A stretch of DNA of 64,000 nt from Thermoanaerobaculia bacterium (GTDB lineage Bacteria; Acidobacteriota; Thermoanaerobaculia; UBA5066), in assembly GCA_038245905.1 (NCBI GenBank), contig JBBRRY010000008.1, forward strand, positions 32,205 through 96,204, in the 5' to 3' direction. The notes beneath the pieces were generated by a model. It did no database searches. It worked only from the letters and a program-made list of their open reading frames with translations, and was not told the DNA's origin. This document shows, one piece after another, positions 9,751 through 20,222 of this stretch. Positions within the stretch are counted from its first letter, which is position 1. Each line of letters begins with the position of its first letter. The position numbers and the translations under genes are program-made.

Positions 9751-10725
9751 TCAGCCCGGCAGGATCAGGACCTTGCCCGATGTCTCGCGCGCCTCGAGCG
9801 CGCGGTGCGCCGCTCCGGCCTCGACGAGCGGGAACGTGCGATCGATCCGGACCGGCAGCGATCCGTCCTTCACCCAAGCGAGGACGTCGCCCGCGCGCGC
9901 GAGAAGCTCGTCGCGCGATGCCGCGTAGTGGAAAAGGGAAGGCCGCGTCAGGAACACGGACCCCTTCGCGTTCAGGACTTGCGGGTCGAGCGGTCCCGCG
10001 GGACCGCTCGACTGTCCGAAGAGAGCCATCGTGCCTCGCGGCGCGAGGACGTCGAGGCCCTTCTCGAACGTCGTCTTCCCGACCGAGTCGTAGACGACCT
10101 GCACGCCCTTCCCGTCCGTGAGGCGTTTCGTCTCGGCGACGAAATCGACCTGCGTGTAGAGGATGACCTCGTCGGCGCCGGCCTTCCGCGCGAGCGCGGC
10201 CTTGGCCTCGGTCGAGACCGTGCCGATGACGCGCGCTCCGCGGCGTTTCGCGATCGCGCAAAGAAGCAGCCCGACGCCGCCGGCTGCCGCATGGACGAGG
10301 CACGTGTCGCCGGGGCCGAGCGGCCGCGTGGACGTCGCGAGGTAGTGGGCGGTCATGCCCTGGAGCATCACGGCGGCGGCTTGCCGCGTCGAGACGTCGT
10401 CCGGAATCGGGACGAGCCGGTTCGCGGCGACGAGAGTCTTCTCGGCGTACGCGCCTTGCGCGTTGAAGGTCGCGACGCGGTCGCCAGGCTTCACCGACGT
10501 GACGTCAGGGCCGACGGCTTCCACCACGCCTGCGACTTCGCCCCCCGGCGTGAACGGATACGCCGCAGGCTTGTAAAGGCCGACTCGAAAGTAGACTTCG
10601 ATGAAGTTGAGGCCGATCGCTTCGACGCGGACGAGCGCCTCGCCGTCCTTCGGAGACGGAACAGCGATTTCTTCGAGACGCAAAGCCTCGGGACCACCGG
10701 GAGCGGAAACGCGAATCGCTTTCAT
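9751..10725 (-). CDS. qor: NADPH:quinone oxidoreductase (zeta-crystallin type)
   Basis: [18 protein letters not shown] and [10 protein letters not shown] motifs. Confidence 0.92.
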   Translation of the reverse strand: MKAIRVSAPGGPEALRLEEIAVPSPKDGEALVRVEAIGLNFIEVYFRVGLYKPAAYPFTPGGEVAGVVEAVGPDVTSVKPGDRVATFNAQGAYAEKTLVAANRLVPIPDDVSTRQAAAVMLQGMTAHYLATSTRPLGPGDTCLVHAAAGGVGLLLCAIAKRRGARVIGTVSTEAKAALARKAGADEVILYTQVDFVAETKRLTDGKGVQVVYDSVGKTTFEKGLDVLAPRGTMALFGQSSGPAGPLDPQVLNAKGSVFLTRPSLFHYAASRDELLARAGDVLAWVKDGSLPVRIDRTFPLVEAGAAHRALEARETSGKVLILPG

Positions 10726-10765
10726 GCCGGGAAGTCTACGGCGTGCGGGCCGGGCTCCGAGAGCG

Positions 10766-13700
10766 CTACTGGAACACGCCGTTCACGTCGAGGACGACGT
10801 CGACGGTTCCCGCCGTCGTGTTCCAGATCCAGAACGAGCCGTCCGGCGCCAGCTTGACCATCGCGTTGTTCGCGCGCACCTGTCCCCGCCGGATCGAAAC
10901 GGTGTTGGCGTTCGGCGGCGTGGCGAGGTCGCCCGAGTAGACGACGACGGATCCCTCGGCATCCAGCGACAGGACCGTGACGTTCGCCGAGAGCGCCACC
11001 ATCCCGGACGGGACGCCACACACTCCATTCGCGACGTACTTTCGCCCGGAGGCGGGGCCGATCGAGGGACCTCCCGCCGGGACGCTTCGGGTGTCGAGGA
11101 GGCGGCAGGGGGCGAGCGTGTTGAACCCGCCGCACGTGGCGGCGACCGGGACGGGCACGGACGAGGAGGAAACACAGCCGGCCACCGAGACGACGACCGC
11201 GACGGTCGTCATGCCGGCGGCCGAGACGCTGAACGCGATGGAGGGCGACCCCTGCCCGGAGCCGATCGTCCCGTTCGTGACCGTCCAGGCGTACGTCGCG
11301 CCCGCTCCGGCGTTCAAAACCGAGGCGGTCCCGGACGCGGCGTTCGGGAGACAGAGGCTCGAGGGCGCCGTAATCGCTGCGGACGAGCCGTTCACGACGG
11401 CCGAAATCACGCCCCCGGGGCCCGTGCACCCGTTCACGGTCGCCGTGACGAGATAGACACCGCTCGCACCGGGAGACACGTTCGCGATCGCTGGATTCTG
11501 GAGCGACGACCTGAAGCCGTTCGGCCCCGTCCACGCATAGGTCGCGTTCACGATCGTCTGGGCGGTCAGGGCGAGCGTTCCACCGGCGCAGACCGGGCCT
11601 CCCGTTCCCGCGACGGGCGCGGCGGGCGGCGCGTTGACGGTCACGGCCGTGCTCGCGGCCGTCGAACATCCGTTGACGGTCGCGATCACGACGTACGTTC
11701 CGGCCGCGGCGGCCGTGACGTTCGGGACCGTTGGATTCTGGAGCGAGGACGTGAACCCGTTCGGGCCCGTCCAGGCGTACGTCGCATTCGCAACCGGAGC
11801 GGCCGTCAGGGAAAGCGTTCCGCCCGGGCAGACCGGGCCACTGTTGCCAGCCGTCGGCACGGGCGGCGAAGGATTGACGACGCCCGGAGTCTCGGACGTG
11901 GACGTCTGCCCCGAGAACGTGCGGACGACCGTGTACATGCCCGAAGCCGCGGGCGTCGCGAAAGGCACCGTCGGGTTCTGCAGCGTGGACGAGAAGCCGT
12001 TCGGGCCCGTCCACGCGAGGGTCGCGCCCGAGAAGGTGGGCGCCGCGAAAAGCGCGAGAGACGAACCGGCGCAGACGGCGCCGCCGTTCGAGGCAATGAC
12101 CGGCGGCGCGGCGACGGCGAACGTGACGCTCGCGCCGATCGCGTATCCGCCGAGCGTGATCGTGAAGGTGCCGGGAGCCGTGAACTGGAACGCCGTGCCC
12201 TGGCATCCCGTACCGGAGCACCCCGTGGGCGAGGCCGACGAGCCGAAGTTCCAGATCGTGGAGACGGGCGGGGTCGCGTCGACCGAGCCGCTGACGACGG
12301 CGTAGACCGTGATCGTGTCTCCGAGGCTCACCGGAATTCCGTCGGAGCAGCCGCCGCCGGCTCCGATGCAGGGGGCGAGGCCGTTCACGCGGACCGTGAT
12401 CACGGGCGGCGCGGGCGTCACGACGATCGGCCAGGCGGCCGGATCGGAGACGCCGGACACGGACGGCGTCCAGTACGTCACGATCGGGGACGCGCACGAG
12501 CCCGTCGACGTGTACGAATAGCGGATGCGAAGCCAGTAGGTGCCCGCCGTCGACGGCACCGGAACCGTAGCCGTCAGACCGCCACCGAGAGGGCTCATCG
12601 CGAGCGGCGACCAGCTCCCGGCGGCGCACGTGCCCGCGCCGGCGTTGCACAGGCTGTATTCGAGGCCCGATCCGCACGCGGAGGCGCCCGACGCCACACG
12701 GGACGTGTCCGTCACCGAGACCGAGGTCCCCGCCACGACCGTCGTCGCGATGCCGGTGAAGACGAGCGAGACGTCGGTGACGGCAATCGTTCCGAGGCTT
12801 CGGGTGCAAGGGCTGCCGCAGTCGGGACTCGTGTAGCCGGTGGGATACGGCACGGTCAGCCAGTAGTAGTACGTGCCCTTCGCACCGAAATTGTGGTTGC
12901 AGGACGCGGCCGTGCACGTCGCGTCGAGCGCCAGCGACGCCGGGCTCGATCCGAAGTACCACTTGTAGCCCGAGGCCAGCGGCGTCCCGTCGGAACCGCT
13001 CACGACCGGGTTGCCGAGGAGAATGCTCGGATTCTGCAGCCGGACGGACGGCACCTTCCACGTGATCGGAAACGCCTTCGTGTTTCCAGGGCCGAGATCG
13101 TTCGCGGCCTCGAGCGCGAGACGAAGCGATGCCGTCGCGCCGGCGGCCGCGCTCGCGACGAAGTCGCCGTTCGCCGTCGCCGAGGCCCAACAGCCCGCTC
13201 CGGTCGACGGCACTCCGCCGTTGCGCGGGTCGCACGGCCCGTAAAGAGCGATCGTCGCGGGGAGAGCCGCTGGAGACGCGAGGTCGGGGTTCCGCAAACG
13301 GGGAAATGAACCGTTGTCCTCGGCCGCATGCCAGTCGAAATCGAAGCGCCATGCCGTGAGGGCGTGAAGAGAAACGGCGCTCGGCGCGATCCGGAGCTTC
13401 GTGCCGACGAACACCGGGTCATCGGGACTCAGGGGGCACGGGCTCGCCCCCGGGCACGTATCGTATTGCACCTGAATGTCGTCGACGGGAGGAGCGGGCA
13501 CCGTCACGCAGGTCATCGGGATCACGTAGGCGGACAGGGCGGTCGGGACATACGCGTAGATCGTGTCTCCGGCGCCCGCGAGCCCGCGCATGTAGTAGTT
13601 CAGTCCGAACGCCGGATACGTCGCCGAGTCGAGGTCGACCTGGCCCGGCGTCACGCTTCCCCATGCGGCCACGTTCGTGGAAAACAACCGGTAGAGGACG

Positions 13701-14761
13701 CCCGACCCGGCCCTCTTCGCCCACATCAGAGCCGTCAGGCTGCTGCCGCTCGCGACGAGCGCCGAAACGCCGCCTCCCGCCCACGTCTCGCCGGACGGCT
13801 GCGGAATCAGGAAAGGCTGGCCGACCACCGTCTTGACTCCGCCCTTCACGGAAACGAGCGCGTATGCGACGGGATTCGAAAGCTCGATGAGGACCCAGAG
13901 CTTTGCGGGGTCCGTCGGATCCATCGCCGCGCTCAGCGACGTAGGCGTGTTCCCTCCAAGGTCGCTGCTCGAGATCGTGACGAGGCCGAAGCTTCCGGAG
14001 ATGCTGCCGATCGGGCCGGGATTCGACGCATCCACGATCCGGATCGTGTCCTGGTTGAGATAGACGACGTTGTTTCCCGCGAGCGTGAGAAACACGCCGC
14101 CGGGGCCCGCGACCTCGGAGGGCAAGTTCACGGCGGCCATGGGTCCGGGAAGATTCGAGATGTCGGCCACGGTCAGCGAACCCGGCGCAATCCGGGAAGA
14201 GCCGACCAACGCATACGCGATGTACCGGTTCGAGATCTTCTGGACGACCATTCCGCCCGCGTTACGCGGCGAGAAGCCGCCCGTCACGTTGTTGAACCCG
14301 CTCGCGGCCGCCGTGGCCGCGACGGAGTCGTAGTCCGGTGCGGCATTCCCGTTAAGCCCGAGAGCAAGACGCTGGCCGTCGGCCGACACGCCGATCGAAC
14401 CGACGTAGCTCTGGCCGTCGCCGGCGTAGGGCACCTCGCCCGAGTTGATCATGTTGCGGTAGAGGATGGCGCTCGGGCTGGCCGGATTCGAGAGATCGAG
14501 AATCGAATAGCCGAACGATTCCTGCATCAGCATGCGCGGGCTCCCGCCCACCTGGTAAATCTGCAGGTCGTAATTCTTCGCCGAGTTCAGACCGAACGGC
14601 CTCGAAGCACCGGGAGGGTTCGGCTCAAAAGAGAGGGGCGCGGAGTTCAGCGTGCACTGTGCGGCGGCCCGATCGGCCGGAACGCAAAGCAGCGCAGCGC
14701 CGCAAGGAATCAGGGCGAGCAGGAGCCTCCCGGCGCGAGACTTGTTCGATTCTTGCCGCAT
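10766..14761 (-). CDS. About 1330-aa secreted surface protein: beta-rich N-terminus, PKD/Ig-like domains, three WTGPNGF repeats, C-terminal PCRxxDTR module
   Basis: Signal peptide ([17 protein letters not shown]), Cys pairs, tandem repeats and the shared C-terminal module. Confidence 0.85.
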   Translation of the reverse strand: MRQESNKSRAGRLLLALIPCGAALLCVPADRAAAQCTLNSAPLSFEPNPPGASRPFGLNSAKNYDLQIYQVGGSPRMLMQESFGYSILDLSNPASPSAILYRNMINSGEVPYAGDGQSYVGSIGVSADGQRLALGLNGNAAPDYDSVAATAAASGFNNVTGGFSPRNAGGMVVQKISNRYIAYALVGSSRIAPGSLTVADISNLPGPMAAVNLPSEVAGPGGVFLTLAGNNVVYLNQDTIRIVDASNPGPIGSISGSFGLVTISSSDLGGNTPTSLSAAMDPTDPAKLWVLIELSNPVAYALVSVKGGVKTVVGQPFLIPQPSGETWAGGGVSALVASGSSLTALMWAKRAGSGVLYRLFSTNVAAWGSVTPGQVDLDSATYPAFGLNYYMRGLAGAGDTIYAYVPTALSAYVIPMTCVTVPAPPVDDIQVQYDTCPGASPCPLSPDDPVFVGTKLRIAPSAVSLHALTAWRFDFDWHAAEDNGSFPRLRNPDLASPAALPATIALYGPCDPRNGGVPSTGAGCWASATANGDFVASAAAGATASLRLALEAANDLGPGNTKAFPITWKVPSVRLQNPSILLGNPVVSGSDGTPLASGYKWYFGSSPASLALDATCTAASCNHNFGAKGTYYYWLTVPYPTGYTSPDCGSPCTRSLGTIAVTDVSLVFTGIATTVVAGTSVSVTDTSRVASGASACGSGLEYSLCNAGAGTCAAGSWSPLAMSPLGGGLTATVPVPSTAGTYWLRIRYSYTSTGSCASPIVTYWTPSVSGVSDPAAWPIVVTPAPPVITVRVNGLAPCIGAGGGCSDGIPVSLGDTITVYAVVSGSVDATPPVSTIWNFGSSASPTGCSGTGCQGTAFQFTAPGTFTITLGGYAIGASVTFAVAAPPVIASNGGAVCAGSSLALFAAPTFSGATLAWTGPNGFSSTLQNPTVPFATPAASGMYTVVRTFSGQTSTSETPGVVNPSPPVPTAGNSGPVCPGGTLSLTAAPVANATYAWTGPNGFTSSLQNPTVPNVTAAAAGTYVVIATVNGCSTAASTAVTVNAPPAAPVAGTGGPVCAGGTLALTAQTIVNATYAWTGPNGFRSSLQNPAIANVSPGASGVYLVTATVNGCTGPGGVISAVVNGSSAAITAPSSLCLPNAASGTASVLNAGAGATYAWTVTNGTIGSGQGSPSIAFSVSAAGMTTVAVVVSVAGCVSSSSVPVPVAATCGGFNTLAPCRLLDTRSVPAGGPSIGPASGRKYVANGVCGVPSGMVALSANVTVLSLDAEGSVVVYSGDLATPPNANTVSIRRGQVRANNAMVKLAPDGSFWIWNTTAGTVDVVLDVNGVFQ
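11390..12110 (-). repeat. Three tandem Ig-like repeats of about 78 aa
   Basis: [46 protein letters not shown] and [26 protein letters not shown] 'ccgttcgg.cccgtcca' recurs at a 240-bp period (about 11517, 11757, 11997). Confidence 0.9.
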
Positions 14762-14786
14762 TTCCGTGGACAACAATGAGTTGAAG

Positions 14787-14801
14787 GCAAGCTCGATGCC
14801 A
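14787..14801 (-). promoter_or_regulatory. Sigma-54 (RpoN) -24/-12 promoter
   Basis: Minus strand reads TGGCATCGAGCTTGC, matching TGGCAC-N5-TTGC with exact GG/GC spacing, about 26 nt upstream of ATG 14761. Confidence 0.75.
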
Positions 14802-14905
14802 TGCTATGGACCCCGGCGTCCAGGCCATTTCGGTCGTCGCACGATGACTCATGGTCGCCCGGAAACCGGCCGATGGCGATATGCGTGAAACAACATGAGG
14901 ATCCC

Positions 14906-14921
14906 TGTGAGACCACTCACC
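14906..14921. promoter_or_regulatory. Palindromic TGTGA-N6-TCAC box (CRP/FNR-like or enhancer UAS)
   Basis: TGTGAGACCACTCACC, about 105-120 bp upstream of the sigma-54 site, in the largest intergenic gap. Confidence 0.4.
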
Positions 14922-15010
14922 ATTCTCAGCCCCTAACGGTCCGACATTTCTTGGTGCGCCGACCTCCGAAACCGACGAAAAGTGGGTGCCGGCGGACAAG
15001 TGGCTGCCCC

Positions 15011-16654
15011 CTACTCAAACCAGCCGTTCACGTCCACGATCACGTCGAGGGAGCCTGTCGCGCTGCTCGCGATCTTGAAGGCACCCGACCCATCCGATGC
15101 GAGGCCGATGAGGGCGTTGTTCGCGCGCGTCTGTCCGGTGCGGAAGGCGAGCGTCAGCGCGTTCGGGGCCGCCGGGAGATCGCCGGGGTAAAGGACCAGC
15201 GTCCCCGCGGCAGCCGTGTTCGTGACGGTCACGTTCGCCGAGACGGATCCGGCGCTTGCCGGAATCCCGCACACCCCTGGCGCGACAAAACGCCGGGTCT
15301 CCCCCGCCGCGAGGGTGGCCGCCGCAATGCGGGTGTCGAAGGCACGGCACGGGGGGAGGGGATGGAACGCGAAGCCGCTCTTGACGATCGCGAACGAATC
15401 CCGGACGACGCCGTCGACGCGTAGGAAGCGCGCGTCGAGACGCGCCCCGTTCACGTCGATCACGAGCGAGCCGCGTTCGGCGAAGCCGCGAAGCATTGCC
15501 GGGTGGTTCAGCGCCCCGCTCCCGAGCTGGCCGCCGCTCCCCGCGACGACGTAGACGGTCCCCGCGTGCGGCGTCCGCGCCGCGGGCTTGCGGTAGGCAC
15601 CGGCCGCCGCCGGGTCTCCCGTCCCTCCGTCCTTCTTCATGCTCGCCGTAAACGTCGTCGAATCCCCGTAGTGCCCGTCGATGAGGTACGAGCGCTCGTA
15701 GACGTGCGAGTGGCCGCAGAGGACGAGATCGACGCCGCCGGCCTCGAGAACCGGATTCACGAACTGGCGCATCTCGACGAGCTCCGTCTCCGTGTCGGAG
15801 TCGTGCGTCCCCTTCGTGTATGGCGGGTGGTGCCAGTACGCGACGATCCACGTCTGGGCGGTCGCCGCGAGATCGGCCGCGAGCCAGGTGAGCATCGGGC
15901 CGCCAGGAAGCCGGCTCACGTCGTATGCGTCGAGGCAGACGAAGTGCACGTTGCCCGCGTCGAAAGAGTAGTACGCCTCCGAGCCCGAGGCGACGCCGCC
16001 GGCCTCGGCGGCCTTCGGAAGCCGGAAGATGTCGAAGTAGACGCCCGTGCCCGCGCTCCCGTTCGCCGAGCCGCCGTCGTGGTTCCCGAAGGCAGGCCAG
16101 AGCGGCATCGACGCGAGAAGGTTTGGAAACGTTCCGAAGACGGCGGCCTGGTATTCGGCGTCCGTGCCCGCGACGTATGCGTTGTCGCCGAGCATGAGCC
16201 ACAAGTCCGCCGGGCGGGCTCCGGCGTACGCGAGATACGCGTCGCGAACGGCGCGTGCGTTCGCGTCCGCGGTGCCGGAGTCCCCGACGGCCCAGATCCT
16301 GAGCGGCGTCGCCGCCCCGGTAAGAGGCGGCGTCACGAACGAGGCCGGCGGACCCGGGCCGAGGACGCCCGAGGCGGTGCCGATCGTGTAGGTGTAGCGC
16401 GTGCGGGGTGCGAGACCCGTGACAGCGACCGCATGCTCGGTCGCGAGGGCGGGATCCGAGAAGACGAGGGTCAGCGAGGCCGGATTCGTCCCCGCGAAGA
16501 CGCGTCCGTCCGCGGGGACGTCCGTGCGCCAGCACACGATGACGGAGGACGGCGTCGCGGTCTGAAGGTACGGCCCTCGCGTGACGGCGAGCGCGAGCGC
16601 GCCATGCGCCGCGAGCGAAAGGCCCGCGAGGACGGCGCATCGGAGTCCGCGCAC
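15011..16654 (-). CDS. Secreted purple-acid-phosphatase-type metallophosphoesterase with C-terminal PCRxxDTR module
   Basis: VTRGPYLQ, GDSG, LGDNAY, GNHD, HHPPY and GHSHVYER motifs. GTG start overlaps the upstream TAG (TAGTG). Confidence 0.88.
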   Translation of the reverse strand: MRGLRCAVLAGLSLAAHGALALAVTRGPYLQTATPSSVIVCWRTDVPADGRVFAGTNPASLTLVFSDPALATEHAVAVTGLAPRTRYTYTIGTASGVLGPGPPASFVTPPLTGAATPLRIWAVGDSGTADANARAVRDAYLAYAGARPADLWLMLGDNAYVAGTDAEYQAAVFGTFPNLLASMPLWPAFGNHDGGSANGSAGTGVYFDIFRLPKAAEAGGVASGSEAYYSFDAGNVHFVCLDAYDVSRLPGGPMLTWLAADLAATAQTWIVAYWHHPPYTKGTHDSDTETELVEMRQFVNPVLEAGGVDLVLCGHSHVYERSYLIDGHYGDSTTFTASMKKDGGTGDPAAAGAYRKPAARTPHAGTVYVVAGSGGQLGSGALNHPAMLRGFAERGSLVIDVNGARLDARFLRVDGVVRDSFAIVKSGFAFHPLPPCRAFDTRIAAATLAAGETRRFVAPGVCGIPASAGSVSANVTVTNTAAAGTLVLYPGDLPAAPNALTLAFRTGQTRANNALIGLASDGSGAFKIASSATGSLDVIVDVNGWFE

Positions 16655-17030
16655 TACTCGAACCAGCCGTTCACGTCCACGATGACGTCGAGGGGGCCTG
16701 CCGTAGTGTTCGCGATCTTGAAGGCGCCGGACCCGTCCGCCGCGAGCCCGACAAGCGCATTGTTCGCACGCGTCTGTCCGGCGCGGAAGGCAAGCGTCAC
16801 CGCATTCGGAGCCGCCGGGAGATCGCCGGGGTAGAGGATCAGCGTCCCGGCCGCGCTCGTGTTCGTGACCGTGACGTTCGCGGACACGACCCGCGCGCTC
16901 GCGGGGACGCCGCAGATGCTCCTTACGTCGAAGCTCCTGATCGCCCCGGCGCCAAGAGGCGGCCCACCGAGCGGTCCTATCGCGCGCCGCGTGTCGATCG
17001 CGCGGCAGGGCGTCAGCGTATGAAAGGCCG
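15011..17030 (-). repeat. Duplicated 3' module of about 350 bp (15011-15375 and 16654-17030); a third, more diverged copy at 10766-11125
   Basis: Near-identical DNA, e.g. ctactc.aaccagccgttcacgtccacgat and gccgccgggagatcgccggggta in both copies. Confidence 0.9.
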
Positions 17031-18747
17031 TCGCGCCGGGTCCGGTCGCCGTCGCGCCCGCCGCGACGCCCGTGCTCGCATTCCAGTACGAGCCGCTTGC
17101 ACTCGTCTCGAGCCGCACGGCGCGCACGAGATACGTGTAAGTGCCTCCGGCGACGCCCGGGTCGACGAACGATGTTCCGGCGACGAGTGCCGGCGTGACC
17201 CGCGTGAACGGACCCGCGGGACCCGCTCCGCGATAGACGTGGTACCCGGCAACCGTGTCGGTGGAGGCGGTCCACGAAATCGAGGCGCTCCCGGCTCCGC
17301 CGGCCGCGGTCACGTTCGCGGCGGGCGCCACGACGTGCATACGGAGCGTGGGATCGCCCATGAGGGCGATGTGGACCGACGGGCCGTAGCCGTAAAAGTA
17401 AGTCCCCGAATTGTTCTCGGTCAGGCGCGCCGCGTACCCGATCGTCTCGCCCATCGCCATGTGATGCACGTGCCACGCGGGCCGGCCGGCCCAGGCGCAT
17501 GTGAGCCCGTAGGTCGTCGTCGCGAGCGGCGCGCGCAGGAAGTCGTTCGAGACGTCCCAGTCGCCGAAGTAGCTTCCGAAGAGGAATGTGAAGGCGGTCT
17601 TCGTGTCCGTCGCCGCGAAATTCGACGTCGAGCCGACCCCGCCGGCGCCCTGATAGTTTCCGCCGCCGCAGCCATACGCCCAGAGATAGCCGTTTGTCGC
17701 GAGCGTCCCGAACCAATCGAGCGCGAAGACGTTTGCGGGCCCGAAGAAGGCCGAGAACGCGCGCCAACCCGTGGACGCGAACGCCTCTCCTCCGAACGCG
17801 CCGAAGTTGTCGTCGATCAGGCCGCGCGCGGGCAGCGTCCAGGCTTTGACTCTGAAGCCGTGTTCCTTGTTCAGGTACTGCCTGAGGAGATCGCTCTCCA
17901 TCTTCGGGGCGAAGGCGGGCATGTCTGCGAGATCGACGCGCCCGACGCCCAGCTCGACCGTTCCACCGGGAGCGGAGCTCTGGTCGAACTTGCCGTCGCC
18001 CGCGACGTTGTTCTGCCGGCCGGTCCCGCCGAGGTTCGAGACGTCCGTCCAGACACCGTCCATGTCGCCGTAGTAGAGGTCCGCGGGCCAGGCCCCCACG
18101 TGATCCCCGTGCCCGTCGGGCGCGAGGCTGCCCGAGTACGGGACGGGCACGTGCCCGAACAGGAAGACGCTGTTCACCCGCGTCGGATCGGTGTCGTAGT
18201 CGGCCTTGATGAGCGCCTTCACGGACGGCACCGTCGCGTTCCGCGCGACGTCGTGGCGGAGCACGGTCCAGCCGTCGGCCGCTAGATCGAGCTGCAGCCG
18301 CGTCAGCTCCGCCGCGAGAGGGGCCGCCATCGTGGCATCGACGACGAGGACGACCTTCCCGCGATCTTCGACGAGCGGGATCTCGATGCCGGTCGCGACG
18401 TACCCGAGGCCCGAGACGCTCGCCGCCCGGACGACCTGATACTCGTACTTCGCCCCGACCGTCACGCCGTTGTCCACGAAGCCCGTCGCCGTCCCCGGAA
18501 GGGTCGCGGCGACCGAGCCCCACGTCGAGACCCCCCACGCCTTCCGGTAGACGGTGTGCTGCGTGGCGCCCGCGAACGCCGGCCAGCTCAGCGTGATCCT
18601 CGGGGGAGTGCTCTGGACGGCCGCGGTCACCTGTACGGCGTAATCCGCCGTCGCCTGGGCGACGGCCGGCCCGTCCGGCAGGGCGAAGGTCCAGGCGGCG
18701 ACGAGAACTCCCACGAGAAGGCGCCTCGTCAGGCGGAAATTGTTCAT
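16654..18747 (-). CDS. Secreted FN3-containing protein with a C25/gingipain-like central domain and C-terminal PCRxxDTR module
   Basis: Signal peptide, FN3-like ITLSW..YQV and ISW..YHVYR segments, LFGHVPVP, ADLYYGDMDG, GRV and LMGDPTLR. Confidence 0.75.
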   Translation of the reverse strand: MNNFRLTRRLLVGVLVAAWTFALPDGPAVAQATADYAVQVTAAVQSTPPRITLSWPAFAGATQHTVYRKAWGVSTWGSVAATLPGTATGFVDNGVTVGAKYEYQVVRAASVSGLGYVATGIEIPLVEDRGKVVLVVDATMAAPLAAELTRLQLDLAADGWTVLRHDVARNATVPSVKALIKADYDTDPTRVNSVFLFGHVPVPYSGSLAPDGHGDHVGAWPADLYYGDMDGVWTDVSNLGGTGRQNNVAGDGKFDQSSAPGGTVELGVGRVDLADMPAFAPKMESDLLRQYLNKEHGFRVKAWTLPARGLIDDNFGAFGGEAFASTGWRAFSAFFGPANVFALDWFGTLATNGYLWAYGCGGGNYQGAGGVGSTSNFAATDTKTAFTFLFGSYFGDWDVSNDFLRAPLATTTYGLTCAWAGRPAWHVHHMAMGETIGYAARLTENNSGTYFYGYGPSVHIALMGDPTLRMHVVAPAANVTAAGGAGSASISWTASTDTVAGYHVYRGAGPAGPFTRVTPALVAGTSFVDPGVAGGTYTYLVRAVRLETSASGSYWNASTGVAAGATATGPGATAFHTLTPCRAIDTRRAIGPLGGPPLGAGAIRSFDVRSICGVPASARVVSANVTVTNTSAAGTLILYPGDLPAAPNAVTLAFRAGQTRANNALVGLAADGSGAFKIANTTAGPLDVIVDVNGWFE

Positions 18748-18824
18748 CCGAATTGTAGTGAAATGTTCTCACGGGGGCCGAGAGAACGGAAGCGCGGATA
18801 AGATGGGGCGAGCAGAGGGGCGCC

Positions 18825-20222
18825 ATGCCGACACGCATCGAAAAGGACACGATGGGCGAGATCGCGGTCCCGGCCGACCGCTACTGGGGCGCGCAGACGC
18901 AGCGTTCGCTCCAGAATTTCGAGATCGGCGAGATCCGATTCACACGTCCGTTCATCCGCGCCTTCGGGATCCTCAAGCGGGCGGCCGCCGACGTGAACCT
19001 GGCCCTCGGGCTCCTCCCTCCGGCGAAGGCGGCGCTCATCGCCGCCGCCGCGGAGGAGGTCGCCGACGGAAAGCTCGACGCTCACTTTCCCCTCGTCGTC
19101 TTCCAGACCGGCAGCGGCACGCAGACGAACATGAACGTGAACGAGGTGATCTCGAACCGCGCGATCGAGCTGGCGGGCGGAGTCCAGGGCTCCAGGGACC
19201 CGATTCACCCGAACGACGACGTGAACCAATCGCAGTCCTCGAACGACACCTTTCCGGCCGCGATGTCGATCGCCGCCGTCTCCGAGATCGAGGAACGGCT
19301 CCTTCCCGAAGTGAAAAGGCTGCGCGACGTCCTCGACGCCAAGGCGAAAGAATTCGCAGACGTCGTGAAGATCGGGCGCACCCACCTGCAGGACGCGGTT
19401 CCGCTCACGCTCGGGCAGGAGATCTCCGGCTGGGTGTCGCAGCTCGACCACGGCGCAGAGCACGTCCGGCAGGCCCTCCCCCACCTCCTCGAGCTCGCGA
19501 TCGGCGGCACGGCCGTGGGCACCGGGCTCAACACGCATCCCGAATACGCCGTGCGCGTCGCGAGGCGTGTCGCCGAGCTGACGGGCCATCCCTTCGTCAC
19601 GGCGCCGAACAAGTTCGAGGCCCTCGCGGCACACGACGCCCTGGCCTTCGCCTCGGCGGCCCTCCGCACGCTCGCCGGGTCTCTCATGAAGATCGCGAAC
19701 GACGTGCGCTGGCTCGCGTCGGGCCCGCGCTGCGGGATCGGCGAGATCCGGATCCCCGAGAACGAGCCCGGGAGCTCGATCATGCCGGGCAAGGTCAACC
19801 CGACGCAGGCCGAAGCGCTCACGATGGTCGTCGCGCAGGTTTACGGAAACGACGCCGCCGTGGCGTTCGCCGCGAGCCAGGGCAACTTCGAGCTCCACGT
19901 CTACAAGCCCGTCATCATCCACAACGTGCTCGAGTCGACGCGCCTCCTCACGGACGCATGCCGCAGCTTCCGTCTCCACTGCGCCGAAGGGCTGACGGCT
20001 GACCGTGCGCGCATCGACGAGCTCGTGAAGAAGTCTCTGATGCTCGTGACGGCCCTGAACCCCCACATCGGATACGACAAGGCCGCCGCGATCGCGAAGA
20101 AAGCGCACCAGGAAGGCCTCACGCTCAAGGAGGCCGCGCTGAAGTCCGGCCACGTCACGTCCGAGCAGTTCGACGCGTGGATCGATCCCTCGAAGATGGT
20201 GGGGCCTGGCGGAACCGACTAG
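18825..20222 (+). CDS. fumC: Fumarate hydratase class II
   Basis: [19 protein letters not shown] and [11 protein letters not shown] signature. Confidence 0.98.
   Translation: MPTRIEKDTMGEIAVPADRYWGAQTQRSLQNFEIGEIRFTRPFIRAFGILKRAAADVNLALGLLPPAKAALIAAAAEEVADGKLDAHFPLVVFQTGSGTQTNMNVNEVISNRAIELAGGVQGSRDPIHPNDDVNQSQSSNDTFPAAMSIAAVSEIEERLLPEVKRLRDVLDAKAKEFADVVKIGRTHLQDAVPLTLGQEISGWVSQLDHGAEHVRQALPHLLELAIGGTAVGTGLNTHPEYAVRVARRVAELTGHPFVTAPNKFEALAAHDALAFASAALRTLAGSLMKIANDVRWLASGPRCGIGEIRIPENEPGSSIMPGKVNPTQAEALTMVVAQVYGNDAAVAFAASQGNFELHVYKPVIIHNVLESTRLLTDACRSFRLHCAEGLTADRARIDELVKKSLMLVTALNPHIGYDKAAAIAKKAHQEGLTLKEAALKSGHVTSEQFDAWIDPSKMVGPGGTD

Noticed and set aside
11390-12110. Periodic repeats as a possible CRISPR array
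   Set aside because: Period of about 240 bp, in frame, encoding Ig-like protein repeats; no cas genes.
10601-13352. 902-aa (+) and 876-aa (-) ORFs
   Set aside because: Shadow and alternate frames of the real 1330-aa gene, expected in high-GC DNA with few stop codons.
15011-17030. Diversity-generating retroelement TR/VR pair suggested by the duplicated 3' ends
   Set aside because: Both copies are coding, the differences look mostly synonymous rather than adenine-specific, and there is no reverse transcriptase in the window.
18758-18772. GTGA-N7-TCAC palindrome between the FN3 gene and fumC
   Set aside because: Only 4-bp arms and non-canonical spacing; cannot be told from chance.
16655-18850. 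Apparent 1279-aa phosphatase ORF
   Set aside because: The first ~730 aa are an off-frame read of the FN3 gene. The real start is GTG 16654, which is followed by a signal peptide.
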